Origin: Candidatus Eiseniibacteriota bacterium | Lineage (GTDB): Bacteria > Eisenbacteria > RBG-16-71-46 | Length of the DNA: 64,000 nt | Direction of reading: 5' to 3' | NCBI GenBank assembly: GCA_044222065.1 | Contig: JBGAOA010000006.1 | Span: 23,129-87,128, forward strand | Shown here: piece after piece, positions 1 to 11,299 of the stretch | How positions within the stretch are numbered: position 1 is the first letter of the stretch | Layout of the letters: every line of letters begins with the position of its first letter | Made by a program: the position numbers and the translations under genes | Notes under the pieces: model-generated | Told to the model about the DNA's origin: nothing | Seen by the model: the letters and a program-made list of their open reading frames with translations, nothing else | The model's database searches: none

Positions 1-712
1 GGCGGCGGTTCATCGGCGTGCTGCCCGAGTGCGCGGCCTGCCCGTGGAACGTGATCGCGTGGCGCTCGACGCCGAACGTCCCGAGCACGACGCCGAGCGG
101 CAGGCCGAGATCGAGCAGCACCGGGCCCTGCTCGATGTGCAGCTCGAGGTAGGCGGCCGCGTTCGCGAGTTCGCGACGGCTGTCCTTCACCTTCTCGAAG
201 TCGATGCCGACGTCCCTCAGCGCGTCCGGCAGCCGCACGCCGTCCTTGTCCACGAGGCCGCGCGCTTCGGCGAGGTCGAGGTTGCCCGAGCACGCCGACG
301 AGCCGAACAGGCTGCGCCCGAAGCGCGCGCCCTCTTCGTCGGCCCAGTCCACGAGACGCACGGTCATCGGCGGCGCATCGCCGTACTGCGCGTGGATGCG
401 CCGCAGCACTTCGAGGCCGGCGAGCACGTTGAGGCAGCCGTCGAGCCAGCCGCCGTTCGGCACCGAGTCCATGTGCCCGCCGATCAGCAGCGCCTTCTCG
501 GAGCGGCCGCGCAACGTGCTCCACAGGTTGCCCGCCGCGTCGGCGTGGGTCTCGAGCGGGAGCGCGGCGAGCTTCGAGCGCAGCCACTCGCGGACCTTGA
601 GCCACATCGGCGTGAACGCGATGCGCTGCGCGCCGTGTTCGTCGGCGGAGAACTGTCGGAGCTCCTTCAGCTCCTCGATCGTGCGTCGGGCATTCACGGA
701 GGTATTCGTCAT
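1..712 (-). CDS. M20-family Zn-dependent hydrolase (allantoate/N-carbamoyl-L-amino-acid amidohydrolase type), 3' end outside the window
   Basis: Manual translation, not in the ORF track: MTNTSVNARRTIEELKELRQFS...GNLWSTLRG...IGGHMDSVPNGGWLDGCLNVLAG...DWADEEGARFGRSLFGSS. These match the HxDSV..GG..DG and EEGxRF motifs. Confidence 0.9.
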   Translation of the reverse strand, partial: MTNTSVNARRTIEELKELRQFSADEHGAQRIAFTPMWLKVREWLRSKLAALPLETHADAAGNLWSTLRGRSEKALLIGGHMDSVPNGGWLDGCLNVLAGLEVLRRIHAQYGDAPPMTVRLVDWADEEGARFGRSLFGSSACSGNLDLAEARGLVDKDGVRLPDALRDVGIDFEKVKDSRRELANAAAYLELHIEQGPVLLDLGLPLGVVLGTFGVERHAITFHGQAAHSGSTPMNRR

Positions 713-780
713 GCGCGCATCCTAACCTCGACCGCGCCGCCGGGCGAAGGCCGCGGAGCGCCGCGGAGGGCGAGCGATCG

Positions 781-1734
781 CTACGCCGCGCGCTTCGCGG
801 CGCCGGACTCGCCGCCGCCGAAGCCCGAGAGCAGGCTGTCCATTCCGATCTGCACGCGCTCGAGGATCTCGGTCATGCGGTCCCGGTCGTTGAGGCCGAG
901 GTCGAGGAACACGTGCTCGGTCGTGAAGTTCACTTCGCCGCCGTCCCCGCCCACGCCGAGGTGCTGGCAGATGCGGTTCGCGGCGTAGACGAGCCGCGTC
1001 GCCGGCGGCACCGCGTGGCCGGCGCGGTACAGGTGGTGCTGGCCCGCCGCCGTGACGATCGGCTCGGGCATTCCCCACTGCTTCAGCACGTGCGCGCCGA
1101 CCTGCTCGTGCATTTGCGTCACGACGATCTCGGCGGTCTCGTCATCGAGCGGCCGGCCCTGATTCTCGCGCGCGTAGTCGGCGATCGCGTTGAGCAGTGT
1201 CGGCACGCCGGTGTCGTGCAGGAGGCCGAGCAGGAACGCGGCTTCGTGACCGCTGCCGGTCGCGAGCGCGAGCGTGTCGCACGCGACCGCCGCGCCGACC
1301 GAGAGCTTCCACGAACGCTCGAGCGCCGCCTTGTGAGACTTGGCGGTGAACACCTTGGTCTGGATGGACTCGGTGAACACGAGGTTGCTCACGGTCTTCA
1401 TGCCGAGCCGTGCGAGCGCCTGCTGCACCGTGTCCACGGGCACGGTCCCCGCGTACGCCGCCGAGTTCGCGATGCTCAGGATGCGCGCGGCGAGTGCGGG
1501 ATCGGTGAGCACCACCTTCGTGATCTCGTCCATGCCCGCGTCGGGCGATTCGGAGAGCTGCATCACCCGCATCGCGACCTGCGGCAGCTTCGGGATGACG
1601 AGCTTGCCGGCCTCGAGCTTCTTGAGGATCGAGGCCTGCAGGGCGTCGACGAGCTTGTCGTCGAGCCCGAAGGAGGAGCCGTCGACGTTGTAGACCGTGT
1701 TGGTGGGCGGGCGATGAAGCTTCTTCGGAAGCAC
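781..1734 (-). CDS. Stand-alone HDOD domain protein
   Basis: C-terminal part of ORF 781..5010: IPKLPQVAMRV, DPALAARILSIANSA, ALARLG, GLLHDTG, HEQVGAHVLKQWGMP. GTG start at 1734 follows an AGGGA SD-like sequence. Confidence 0.88.
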   Translation of the reverse strand: MLPKKLHRPPTNTVYNVDGSSFGLDDKLVDALQASILKKLEAGKLVIPKLPQVAMRVMQLSESPDAGMDEITKVVLTDPALAARILSIANSAAYAGTVPVDTVQQALARLGMKTVSNLVFTESIQTKVFTAKSHKAALERSWKLSVGAAVACDTLALATGSGHEAAFLLGLLHDTGVPTLLNAIADYARENQGRPLDDETAEIVVTQMHEQVGAHVLKQWGMPEPIVTAAGQHHLYRAGHAVPPATRLVYAANRICQHLGVGGDGGEVNFTTEHVFLDLGLNDRDRMTEILERVQIGMDSLLSGFGGGESGAAKRAA

Positions 1735-1853
1735 GAGTCGTCGTCCCTGAGCGGAGGTTCGTACGCGCGGCCACGGCGGGGCCGCCGGCGGCCACACGGG
1801 GTACCCGCAGTCTCGGCGGCCGGCGCCCGGGCTTGAGGGGCGCCGGCGGGGCG

Positions 1854-4800
1854 TCAGTCGCCCGTCGCGGTGAAGGCCGCCCAGTAGAACGGGTGGAGCG
1901 TGAGCCCGCGCGCGCGGCGCGCCGCGATCACGGCACGGCACGCGTCGCGCATCGCACCCCCCGCGGTCGGATCCGGGCTCGCGTAGAACGCGACCATCCA
2001 CTGGCGCGTCGTCTCGTCCGCGATCGGCCACAGGCTCGCGACCACGCAGCGCGCTCCGGCGAGGTGGAACGCGCGCCGCATGCCGGACACGGCGGCGCGG
2101 CTCCAGCGCTCGGCGACCCCCGACTGGCACGCCGACAGCACGACGCGTTCGGTGCCCTCGAGGTCGAGCGTCGAGACCTCGTCGGCCGTGAGCCAGCCGT
2201 CGTCGCCGTCGTCCGTGTCGGCGCTCGCGCGATTGGCGCCCGCGAACGCGAGCCACGCCTCGCGCCCGATCCACGGCGAGGCCGGCGGCGCGGGTGAGGG
2301 CGGAGTCGCGGGGCGCTTCGCCTTCGCGCGCTTCGTTTGCCCCGACGTCGCGGCCAACTCGCTCACGCCGCCGACGCCGCGCGCGGCGACGAGCGGCAGG
2401 CATCGGCGCCCGCCTCCTGCGAGAGCACGCCGTGCGTCGCGACGTGGATCGCGCGCCGGCCGTGCGCGAGCGCGCGGAAGCGCGCCTCGGTCGCCTCGGC
2501 GCCGAGCAGCAGTTCCGGCGTCGCCGCCGTGCGCGCCCGGCCAGAGCGCCGCGATCGCCTTCGCTTCCTCGCGCGCGCCCGGCAGGTCCGCGAGCGCGAG
2601 CGTTCCGTGCCCGCGGCCGCCGCCGGGAAGGCGCGCCGCGCCTGCGGTCGCGCGCGGCCTTCGGCGGCCGGGCCCGAGAAGTCGGGGTCGCCGACCGCGA
2701 GCAGCGTCCGCGATTCCCGACGGGTGCGCCGCGCGACCTGTGGCCGCGCCTGACGAGCACGCGGATCTGCCGATCGGATTCGGCGAAGGCCACGCCCTTC
2801 GAAGAAGGAGCGCGAGCCACGGCAGGTCGCGCGTCAGGCTGACGCGACGACGAACACCTCGCGGACTCGCCGAGGGCCGCGGCGAGCGGATCCCACAGGT
2901 TCGCCTCGCCCGCGGCGCGCGCCGCGCGCTCCGGCCGCGCGCGCGCCGGCCGCGTTCGCCGGCAGGCGGCGTCGAGAGCCGGGAGAGCCATGCCGAGATG
3001 CGCGCCGTGATCGCGTCCAGCGGAACCGAGACGCACGAGGCGCGGGTCCGCGCCGCCGGCGCGCGCAACGAAGGCGAGCAGCTCGAAGTGCTCCTCGCCG
3101 CCGGCCGCGGCCACGTGGTCGTCGAGCGCCTCGCCCGGCTGGAGCGCGGCGAGCACCGGCGCGAGCGGCAGAGGGCCGACGCGTTCGCCGCGCGCCGCGG
3201 CGAGGCGCGCATAGTCGCGCTCGGCGTCGTCCGCGAGCGCCCGGCTCTCTTCGAACCGCATCCGCGCGCCGGGCGAGCCGTCGTCGAACGTGCCGGCGAC
3301 GAGCCGCTGCGCGTGACGGCGCGCCGCGCCGACCCATCGCGCATGCGCGGCGGCGAGCGCCGAGTCGCCCGCGACCGACACGCGGCGCCGCGCCTCGATC
3401 GCCTCGCGCATGGCCCCGTGGCGCTGCAGCACGGCCTCCCACGCCGCCCGCACCTGGTCCGGCCGCGCCGGTTCGGCGAGCAGCGCGAGCGACTGCGAGG
3501 GATCCGCGGCGTCGTCTTCGTGCATCAGCGCCTCGCGGTCCGACAGCCCCTCGATCTCGAAGCGGAAGCGCTCGCGCGCCATGCCCTCGGCGATCGTCGC
3601 GTGGCGCCACGCGTCCGCGGCGCGACCCAGCCGGTGCTCCGCCTGGGCGCGCGTCTCGACGGCTTTCGGCCAGTTCTTGCTGCGTTCGAGACCCGTCGTG
3701 TCGGCCCACGCGTCCAGGGCGCGGCCGAGGCTGTCGGCGAACGCCGCGTCTGCCGGACCGCGCACGGTCTCGAAGAGCTGCACGGCGAGATCGAGGCGCG
3801 TCATGAGCGCCACGTCCGGCGCGCGCGCGGCGGCGAGCAGCCGCGTGCGCGCCTCGGCGTAGCGCCCCTCGTCGAGCTCGAGACCGACGCGCACGATCGT
3901 GCCGTAGGCGGCGATCGTCGGATCGGGATCGGGGGTGCGGGCGAGGATCTCATCCGCTTCGTCGAGCAGCGTGCGCGCCCGCGCCGCATCGCCGCCGCGT
4001 TCGCACGCGAGCGCGAGCGTGATGCGCTTGTGCACGAGCGACACGTGGGTGGGCGGCAGGCGCCGGGTCTCCATGGCGAGCACGGAGTCGAGGTCCGCCC
4101 GGGCCCGCGCGAAGTCGCCGAGCGCGATGCGTGCCGCGCCGAGCGTCGAGCGGTACGAGATCGCATCGGGCGAGGCCTCGCCTTCGCGTTCGACGCACGT
4201 CGAGAGCGCACGCTCGCCGAGCTCGACCGCGCGCGCCGGGTTGCCCGCGCGCCGCTCGAGCGTCGCGAGCGCATCGAGCGCCAGCTCGAGTCCGTGGAAC
4301 GACGAGCGGGCGTTCGCTCCCGCGATGCGGACGGCGTTCTCGAGCTCGGCGCGCGCGCTGTCGAATTCGGCGAGTTCGCCGTACGAGCGTCCGAGTTCCG
4401 TGCTCAGCACGCCGAGCCCCGGCGCGTTCGGCCCGAGCGCGCGCTCGATGAGCAGGGCCGAGCGGCGGAACGCCGGGATCGAAGCCGCGTAGTCCGAGCG
4501 CGCGCGCTGCGCCTGCCCCTCGCGGAAGTAGAGGTTGCGCAGCACCGAGTCGCTCGGCGGCGCCTCGGCCAGCGCGATCGCGATCGCGCGTCGTACCTGC
4601 TCGAGCGCGCGATCGCCGTCCTGCAGGTCCACGCGCAGCAGCGACGCGGTCGAGAGCGCGCGAATGAGGGTGCGCGTGTCGGGCGGGCGCAGCCGTTCGG
4701 CGACCGCGATCGCGCGATCGGATGCCGCGAGCACGACGCCGTCCGAGAAGTCGCCGAGCGAACGCCCGTCGAGCGTGAGCCGCGTGAGCGCGCGCGCCAG

Positions 4801-5010
4801 CTCGACGGAATCCACGGGCGTCTCGCGCTCGATCGCCTCGACGAGCGCGCGACACGCGCGCACGGCGTCGGTCCAGCGGCCCGACGACTCGAAATGGGCG
4901 AGCGAGTCCCACGGCGCGGGCGACGCCGGCGGCGCCGCGGCGCCGAGGGCGACGACCGGGACCGCGAGAGCGAGCGCGGCGGCGAGTGCCGCGATGGATC
5001 GGAGCGTCAC
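1854..5010 (-). CDS. Secreted TPR + CHAT (caspase-HetF-like) protease, several frameshifts between ~2400 and ~3050
   Basis: Signal peptide and TPR helices in the 781..5010 frame. HVATHG, GWLTADEV, VVLSACQSG, VASLWPIAD and HPFYWAAF lie in other frames, ending at 1854. Confidence 0.85.
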
Positions 5011-5202
5011 GCGGACTTCCTCCGGGTCGGCACGGAGCGGACCCGTGCGCCGGGCCGCGCCGGCACTATACGGCAGAGTCCGCGTCCGGCCTTGAGGGAA
5101 AGACCAAGGGGCGCGGATCTCTCGAGAGCCGACCGCGACGGCGGAGCGGAAACTGCGGTGGACCGCGCTCGTCGCGGGGCGCGCGAGCGGCGCGATTGCC
5201 TG

Positions 5203-7551
5203 CTACTCGCGCTTCACGATCGCGACGACGGCGCGCTCGGCGCCGAGTTCGGCGCGGCACAGGTAGAGGCCGGCGCGAACGGGCGCGCCCTCGTCGTCGC
5301 GACCGTCCCAGGCGAGCGATCGCACGCCGGCCTCGACCGGTCCGCGATGGATCGTGCGCACGCGGCGGCCGGCGAGATCGAACACCTCGACGCGTGCGAC
5401 GCCCGCCTGCGGCGCGAGCAGCGCGATGCGGATCGCGCCCGCGAACGGATTGGGTTCGGCGCGCAGCGCGAGCGTGCGCGGCGCGCTCGACGGCGGCACG
5501 CCCACGGTCGGCAGTGCGACCACGTAGGCGTAGTTCGCGGGGAACGGCAGCGCGTTCACTCCGGCCGGCGGCGGGCCTCCCGACGACTGCGTCGCTTCGC
5601 CGGCAGGCGCGCTCGGCGGGGAGTCCGGCTCGGGTCCGATGGGAATCACGCCGTACCACACCTGGCTCGAATCGCCGGGCGCCGCGCCGGGCGGCACCGG
5701 AACGTGTGCCGTGACCTTCACGTGCTGTCCCGCGGCGAGCGCGAGCGGCGCGCCCGAGTACGAGACACCCCAGCCGCGCGTGTCGAACGCCTGCGGCTGC
5801 AGGGTGACCGAAGCCGCGCCGTCGTTCGCGACGTCGAACGTGAGATCGGCGATCTGTCCCAGCTCGGCGCCGGCGTCTCCGTCCCACAGCACGAGCGGCC
5901 GCGGCACGCGATTCGCGGACTCGAAGCAGTCGCTCGCCCCGTGGGAGCCCGGACGATTCGACGCGAGGAAGACGCGCTCGAGCCCGATGTCCGCGCTCGG
6001 TCCCGTGTCGTCGAGCGGGCCGTTGAGCGCACTCACGTTCACCGGCGATCCCCACGAGGCCTTCACCACGTCGCCGCCCTTCGCGGGCAGCGCGCCGCTC
6101 ACGTTCTGCGACCAGACGTCGTAGCCGCCGAGCCCGCCTGGGCGATTCGACGCGTAGAGGAGCTGCGCGGGCTCGCCGTCGAGCGCCTTCGACACGCAGG
6201 GATCGCGCTCGTCGAACGGCGTGTTCACCGACGCGCCGAGGTTGACGCTCGCGCCCGGGTCATCCGTCGAGTCGATGGGCGCGACGTAGAGATCGAACCC
6301 TCCGCTGCCACCGGGCCGATTCGAGGCGAACAGCAGGTAGCCCAGGAACGCGTGCGGGCTCGTTTCGTCGGCGGACGTGTTCACGTTCGGCAGCGAGGTC
6401 ACCGAATCGAACGTGAGTGGCGCGCTGTGGCCCGCGCGGTACAGATCGAAGCCGCCGGAGCCGCCGGGCCGATTCGACGCGAAGTACAGCTCGGCATCCC
6501 CGATCCCTGAATTCGGCGCCAGTTCGTTGAAGGCGGAGTTCACGAGCGGCCCGCAGTTCACCGGACTCTTCCAGCGCGACTCGTCCGAACTCCACGTGAC
6601 GTACCAGATGTCGTAGCCGCCGAAGCCACCTGCGCGGTTCGAGGCGAAGTAGAGCCGCCCCGCGCGCGAGCCGAACTCGGCGCCATCGGCGACGTCGGGG
6701 TCGCGATCGTCGGCCGCGCTCATCGCGGAGTCGCACAGCGACGACGGCGCTTCGAACACCGGCGGCGGATCGAAGATCGCGTCGAAGTGGCCGTCGTCGT
6801 GCTCGAAGCTGAACCAGTGCGACAGCTCGTGCTTCAGGATCATGTAGTAGTCCACGGTGCCGATCGGGCACTTCGCGTCGGCGTTCGTGATGAAGCCGTC
6901 GCCGTCGGTGTCGCTCGGGTAGCACCAGGTGCGGCCGCCGCCCGGCTCGTCCTTGATCCACAGGATCGCGGACAGCGTGTCGTAGCGCGCCTTGAACTCG
7001 ACCTTCGCGCCGACGTCGTTCACGCCCTTCTCGAGGTCGAACGACATCAGGCCGAGCGTGTTCGCGGGCACACCGGGAATGAACCCGGACGGTTCGATCG
7101 CGACGTCGGCCGCGCCCTCGTCGTCGGTGAACCACGAGTCGTCCGTGATCGGGTCCTTCACGGGTTGACCCGGCGCGTGGAACGGCGAGGAATCGCCGTA
7201 GGCCTTGTCCATCGCCTTCTTCTCACCGGCCGACATCGAACGGCTCGACCTCGCGTGATCCTTCGCGTCGGAGAGATCGTGTCGCGGTCCCGCGGACGAC
7301 ACATGATCGTTCGTCTCGTTGCGGTTGCCCGTGCCGTTCGCGGCCGGGGCCTGGTCGTACATCACCCACTGCTTGAGCGCATAGCGCAGGCAGCGCTCCT
7401 GGTCGGCGCTCAGGTGGCCCTTGTAGATCTTGAACGGCTTCTTCGGCAGGTGCGCCTTCGCCATCTTCTGGGCGTGGGCGAGCGGCGCGAGCGCGGCGAG
7501 CAGCGTGGCGGCGAACAGCGCGTGACGAAGCATGCGAGCGGCGAATCGCAT
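5203..7551 (-). CDS. Secreted protein: zinc-metalloprotease-like motif, PD40 (WD40-like) repeats and FlgD-Ig-like C-terminal domain
   Basis: Signal peptide ending AHA. HELSHWFSFEH at 6799-6831. Repeated FASNRPGG.GG.D(L/I/V)(Y/W). C-terminal PNPF...WDGRDDEG...GLY. Confidence 0.8.
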   Translation of the reverse strand: MRFAARMLRHALFAATLLAALAPLAHAQKMAKAHLPKKPFKIYKGHLSADQERCLRYALKQWVMYDQAPAANGTGNRNETNDHVSSAGPRHDLSDAKDHARSSRSMSAGEKKAMDKAYGDSSPFHAPGQPVKDPITDDSWFTDDEGAADVAIEPSGFIPGVPANTLGLMSFDLEKGVNDVGAKVEFKARYDTLSAILWIKDEPGGGRTWCYPSDTDGDGFITNADAKCPIGTVDYYMILKHELSHWFSFEHDDGHFDAIFDPPPVFEAPSSLCDSAMSAADDRDPDVADGAEFGSRAGRLYFASNRAGGFGGYDIWYVTWSSDESRWKSPVNCGPLVNSAFNELAPNSGIGDAELYFASNRPGGSGGFDLYRAGHSAPLTFDSVTSLPNVNTSADETSPHAFLGYLLFASNRPGGSGGFDLYVAPIDSTDDPGASVNLGASVNTPFDERDPCVSKALDGEPAQLLYASNRPGGLGGYDVWSQNVSGALPAKGGDVVKASWGSPVNVSALNGPLDDTGPSADIGLERVFLASNRPGSHGASDCFESANRVPRPLVLWDGDAGAELGQIADLTFDVANDGAASVTLQPQAFDTRGWGVSYSGAPLALAAGQHVKVTAHVPVPPGAAPGDSSQVWYGVIPIGPEPDSPPSAPAGEATQSSGGPPPAGVNALPFPANYAYVVALPTVGVPPSSAPRTLALRAEPNPFAGAIRIALLAPQAGVARVEVFDLAGRRVRTIHRGPVEAGVRSLAWDGRDDEGAPVRAGLYLCRAELGAERAVVAIVKRE

Positions 7552-7732
7552 GACGGACCCCCGTGGGCGGCGACCGAGAGCGAGCCGGCATCGTCGTGCG
7601 AAGGGGAGACGCGGCGGCGGGCGCGGCGGAGGCTGAACGCGGGGAAGTCTCCGCCCGCCTTTGGCGCGAGGCAATGGGGAAGTTGCGCGTGGCGAGGACC
7701 GTCGAGCGGTCCTTACGGGCACCGGCGCCGCG

Positions 7733-8752
7733 CTACGCCGCGCGGACGATGCCCGCCGCTTCGAGCGCTTCGATCGCCGCGCGCATCGGCTCGACGAGCC
7801 GGCGCACCGCCTCCGCGTCGCCGAGGCTTCCCGGGCGTTCGAGCGTGAGGTCGGCCGTGCCGTCGCCATTGTCCACGAGCGACCACGACCAGCGCGGTGT
7901 GGAGGCGTGGAGCTGGAGCAGCGCGTCCGCGACGCCGGCGGTGGCGAACATCGCGCGCGCCGCGGCGGGATCGCTCGTGCGCAGCACGAGCGCGCGGTCG
8001 AGCGCCTCGTGCCCGATCGTGACGGGAGGCGTGGCCGCGAATTCGAGTGCGGCCGCGGCCGCGCGCGCGCGCGGATCGTCGGCGCGCTCGCGCAGCGCGT
8101 TCACGCCGGCGCGCATCGCGTGCGTCGCGAGGCTGCTCACGAGCGCGGGCTCGCGCCCCGAGCCGTGCGCCGAGAAGGCGAAGCCGCCGCGCATCGCGAC
8201 GCGCGCGCGTGCGCGCGTGATCGGCGAGCGGTGGTTCGACCACGAGCGCACGTCCACCGAACCGCGAGCGACGGGAACGCGGAGTGCCGGCCCGTTCGGC
8301 ATGCCGTACGTCGGATCGAGCTTCGAGTGGCCGACGACGGTGCCGCCAAGCGTCGTGGCGAGCGCGCTCGCCTGCGCGCGGTCGCCCGGCCGGCTGACGG
8401 GAGAGAGGACCGAGAGCAGCGCGCACGGCAGGAGCGGGACCGCCACGACCCAGCGCACCCACCCGTGCGCGAGGATCGCGTCCGCGATGGCGCGTCCGCC
8501 GACGTAGTCGAGCACGTGCGGATGGAACCAGACGAGGAGGGCCGCCCAGGTGATCACGCGGAACACGTCGAACAGGACGTAGATGAGCTTCTCGATGCGC
8601 TCGTTCTCTTCGGGCGTGCAATTGAGCGCGTGGAAGCGCGAGAGGTGCGGATAGCGCCTCGGTGCGCCGGGCGTGCCGGGGGCGGGGTCCTGGGCGGGCA
8701 GCGACATGGGAAGGGTATCGGCCGCGATGCCCTGGGAGGTGAGGCGCGCCAC
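7733..8752 (-). CDS. Hypothetical membrane protein (two N-terminal TM segments); start uncertain
   Basis: 339-aa ORF with GC-rich codon usage and hydrophobic segments. Lies directly downstream of the sigma54 activator. Confidence 0.6.
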   Translation of the reverse strand: MARLTSQGIAADTLPMSLPAQDPAPGTPGAPRRYPHLSRFHALNCTPEENERIEKLIYVLFDVFRVITWAALLVWFHPHVLDYVGGRAIADAILAHGWVRWVVAVPLLPCALLSVLSPVSRPGDRAQASALATTLGGTVVGHSKLDPTYGMPNGPALRVPVARGSVDVRSWSNHRSPITRARARVAMRGGFAFSAHGSGREPALVSSLATHAMRAGVNALRERADDPRARAAAAALEFAATPPVTIGHEALDRALVLRTSDPAAARAMFATAGVADALLQLHASTPRWSWSLVDNGDGTADLTLERPGSLGDAEAVRRLVEPMRAAIEALEAAGIVRAA

Positions 8753-8824
8753 TCGCGGGAGTCGTCGCGCGAGGGGAGTGGGGCGGAAGCCCGGGGGCTG
8801 CCGGCGCGCGGGGCCGGCGAAGCG

Positions 8825-11299
8825 CTATCGGAGCCCGTACCGCCGCATCTTGGCGAGCAGCGTCGTGCGCGGCATGCGGAGCGCGCGGGCGGCTTCGGCG
8901 CGCGAGCCGCGATGGGTCGCGAGCGCCTCTTCGATGCGGCGCTTCTCGACGCCGAGCATCTCGGTGCCGAAGTCCGAGGCGTCGTCGTCGCTGCCGCTCA
9001 GCGACAGATGCTCGATCCACTCGCCCTCGGCGACGAGCGCCGCCTGCTCGACGACGGCCTTCAGCTCGCGAACGTTGCCGGGCCATCGATAGCGCTCGAT
9101 CTGCCCGAGCGCGGCGCTCGTGAACTCGAGCCGGCGCCGCTCGCGCTCGCACGCGCGCGCGAGGAATTGCTGCGCGAGCAGCACGACGTCGTCGCCGCGT
9201 TCGCGAAGCGGCGGCAGCGTGACGACCCCGTGCGCGAGCCGGTAGAACAGGTCTTCGCGGAACGGGCCGCCGCCCTGGAGTTCGTCGCGCGTGCGGTTCG
9301 TCGCCGCGACGATGCGCGCGTCCACGTGCAGCAGCTTGACCGAACCGACGCGCCGCGACTCGCCCGACTCGAGGAAGCGCAGCAGCTTCGTCTGCAGATC
9401 GATCGGCATCTCGCCGATTTCGTCGAGGAACACCGTGCCACCGTCGCACACTTCGACGAGGCCGGGCTTGTCGCGCGTGGCGCCCGTGAACGAACCCGAC
9501 ACGTGGCCGAACAGCTCGCTCTCGATCATCTCGCGCGACATCGCGCCGCAGTTGATGGGGAAGTAAGCGCCGCTTCGGCCCGAGAGACGGTGAATGCCGG
9601 CGGCGACGAGTTCCTTGCCCGTGCCCGACTCACCGAGCACGAGGATCGGCGAGCGGGAGCGCGCGAGTTTCTCCACGGTGCCGAGCAGCTCCAGCATGCC
9701 GGGGCGACGCGTGAGCAGCCCGAAGGTCTCGTACGCCCAGCGCGTGCGCGCTTCGATCTCCGCGGTGGAGCGCCGCGCCACGGGGCGGCGGACTGGCGCG
9801 TCGGTCGTCACGAACGACGCCGGCACGCTCGACGGCGGCGTGCCGCCGGAGTGCGCGACGTTGAGTTCGGCGAAGCGCGCTTGTGTCTCCGCGAGCTTCG
9901 CCTTCGCGCCCATGCGTTCGAACAGGTCGCGAGCGAGGAGGTACGCCTCGAGCGCGCCGCGCGTGTCGGCGAATGCGCCGGCGTGCGGGCCGCGCAGCCA
10001 GTCACCGTAGGCCATCCAGAGCTTGCCCCACTCGTACGGCGTCTCGATGTCTTCGTAGAAAGCGAAGCCTTGCTCGAAGTGCTGCTTCGCTTCACCCGGG
10101 CGGCCCACGGCGGCCGCCGCGAGCGCGAGGACGCGATAGGTCGCGGCCTCCTCGTAGCGATCGCCGAGCTCGCGGCAGTGCGTGAGGCCGAGCTTGGCCT
10201 CGGCGTACGCCTCGTCGTGACGTGCGAGGAGGTAGAAGCACTCGGCGCGGCGCCGACGAAGCTCGGCGACGATGTCGCCCTTCGGCACGAGCGCCATCGC
10301 CTTCGGGAACACCGCGTCGTAGTGCTTCAGCGCGGCTTCAGCTTGCCCCTGCTCGAGGTGCACGTCACCGAGGAACTCGGAGGTGAGGAGGGCAGGGCGG
10401 GAGAGGGGAGAACGATCTTCAAGAGCCGCTGTTTCTCTAAGGCTTATGCTGGCGCTCGAGAAGTCGCCCCGGTGTATGTCGATCAGTGCGGTCGCCTGAT
10501 GAGCGTATCGAACGAAGCGATCATCTGCGTATGCCAGCGCCTGCTGAAGCGCCTTCCGCGCCAGGTTGCTCGCTTCGTCGAGACGCCCTCGCCTCCAGCT
10601 AAGCAGCGCGAGGCTCTGATCCACTCGCAAGAGCTGTACTCGATTCTGTAGTTGCTCCCACATGACTGCGGAAGTTCGGAGTTCTTCCTTCGCTTCGCCC
10701 CAGTGACACAACTGCTTGCTGATGAGCGCTAGGTTCCGGCGAACGTCAGCCTCAAGTCGAGCTTCCTGAGCACGTCTCCCGGACACCAGTGCCTCCAGAT
10801 ACCAGTTCTTGGCGGACTTCAATTCTCCCAATGTCCAGGCGATGTTGCCGAGTACAAGTGCAGCACGACCCAGTTCCCCAGTGTCAGGCAATTGAAGCAG
10901 TCGAGCGTGGGCACGCTGCGCATCGCACAAGGCAAGCGACACCTCTCCAGCTTTCCATCGAGCTGCCGCTCGCCAGACGAGAGGTAGTGCGCTTTGCGCT
11001 GACGCCGATTCGAGAGCTACTCCTTCGAGAAGCTCGTCTGCGAGTCGACACGCTTCCTCAGTCCGATTGAGGAAGACCAGTACTTCCAAGCGCAGCAGCT
11101 GGAGACGTGCTCGCCCGTTCGCGTTCGGCGAGTGAGAAGCGGCGCAAAGTAACTCAACGGCCTCTTCAAACTCGCCGCTGCCGCACAACCTCATTGCCAC
11201 ATCGCTCGCCCGATCGAGCACGCTAGCGTCTTCCGTTTGACCTGCTGACTCCGCAAGCAGGGAACGAAGAGCAGCCGCTTCGATCAAAAACGTGCTCAT
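8825..11299 (-). CDS. TPR-containing sigma54-dependent enhancer-binding protein (AAA+ and Fis-type HTH)
   Basis: [45 protein letters not shown] and a C-terminal HTH. The N-terminal ~490 aa are TPR-like helices with no receiver domain. Confidence 0.93.
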   Translation of the reverse strand: MSTFLIEAAALRSLLAESAGQTEDASVLDRASDVAMRLCGSGEFEEAVELLCAASHSPNANGRARLQLLRLEVLVFLNRTEEACRLADELLEGVALESASAQSALPLVWRAAARWKAGEVSLALCDAQRAHARLLQLPDTGELGRAALVLGNIAWTLGELKSAKNWYLEALVSGRRAQEARLEADVRRNLALISKQLCHWGEAKEELRTSAVMWEQLQNRVQLLRVDQSLALLSWRRGRLDEASNLARKALQQALAYADDRFVRYAHQATALIDIHRGDFSSASISLRETAALEDRSPLSRPALLTSEFLGDVHLEQGQAEAALKHYDAVFPKAMALVPKGDIVAELRRRRAECFYLLARHDEAYAEAKLGLTHCRELGDRYEEAATYRVLALAAAAVGRPGEAKQHFEQGFAFYEDIETPYEWGKLWMAYGDWLRGPHAGAFADTRGALEAYLLARDLFERMGAKAKLAETQARFAELNVAHSGGTPPSSVPASFVTTDAPVRRPVARRSTAEIEARTRWAYETFGLLTRRPGMLELLGTVEKLARSRSPILVLGESGTGKELVAAGIHRLSGRSGAYFPINCGAMSREMIESELFGHVSGSFTGATRDKPGLVEVCDGGTVFLDEIGEMPIDLQTKLLRFLESGESRRVGSVKLLHVDARIVAATNRTRDELQGGGPFREDLFYRLAHGVVTLPPLRERGDDVVLLAQQFLARACERERRRLEFTSAALGQIERYRWPGNVRELKAVVEQAALVAEGEWIEHLSLSGSDDDASDFGTEMLGVEKRRIEEALATHRGSRAEAARALRMPRTTLLAKMRRYGLR

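Noticed and set aside
781..5010. Apparent 1409-aa TPR-HDOD fusion
   Set aside because: An artefact of frameshifts. The middle is Arg-rich off-frame text, the CHAT ends at its own stop (1854), and HDOD has its own start.
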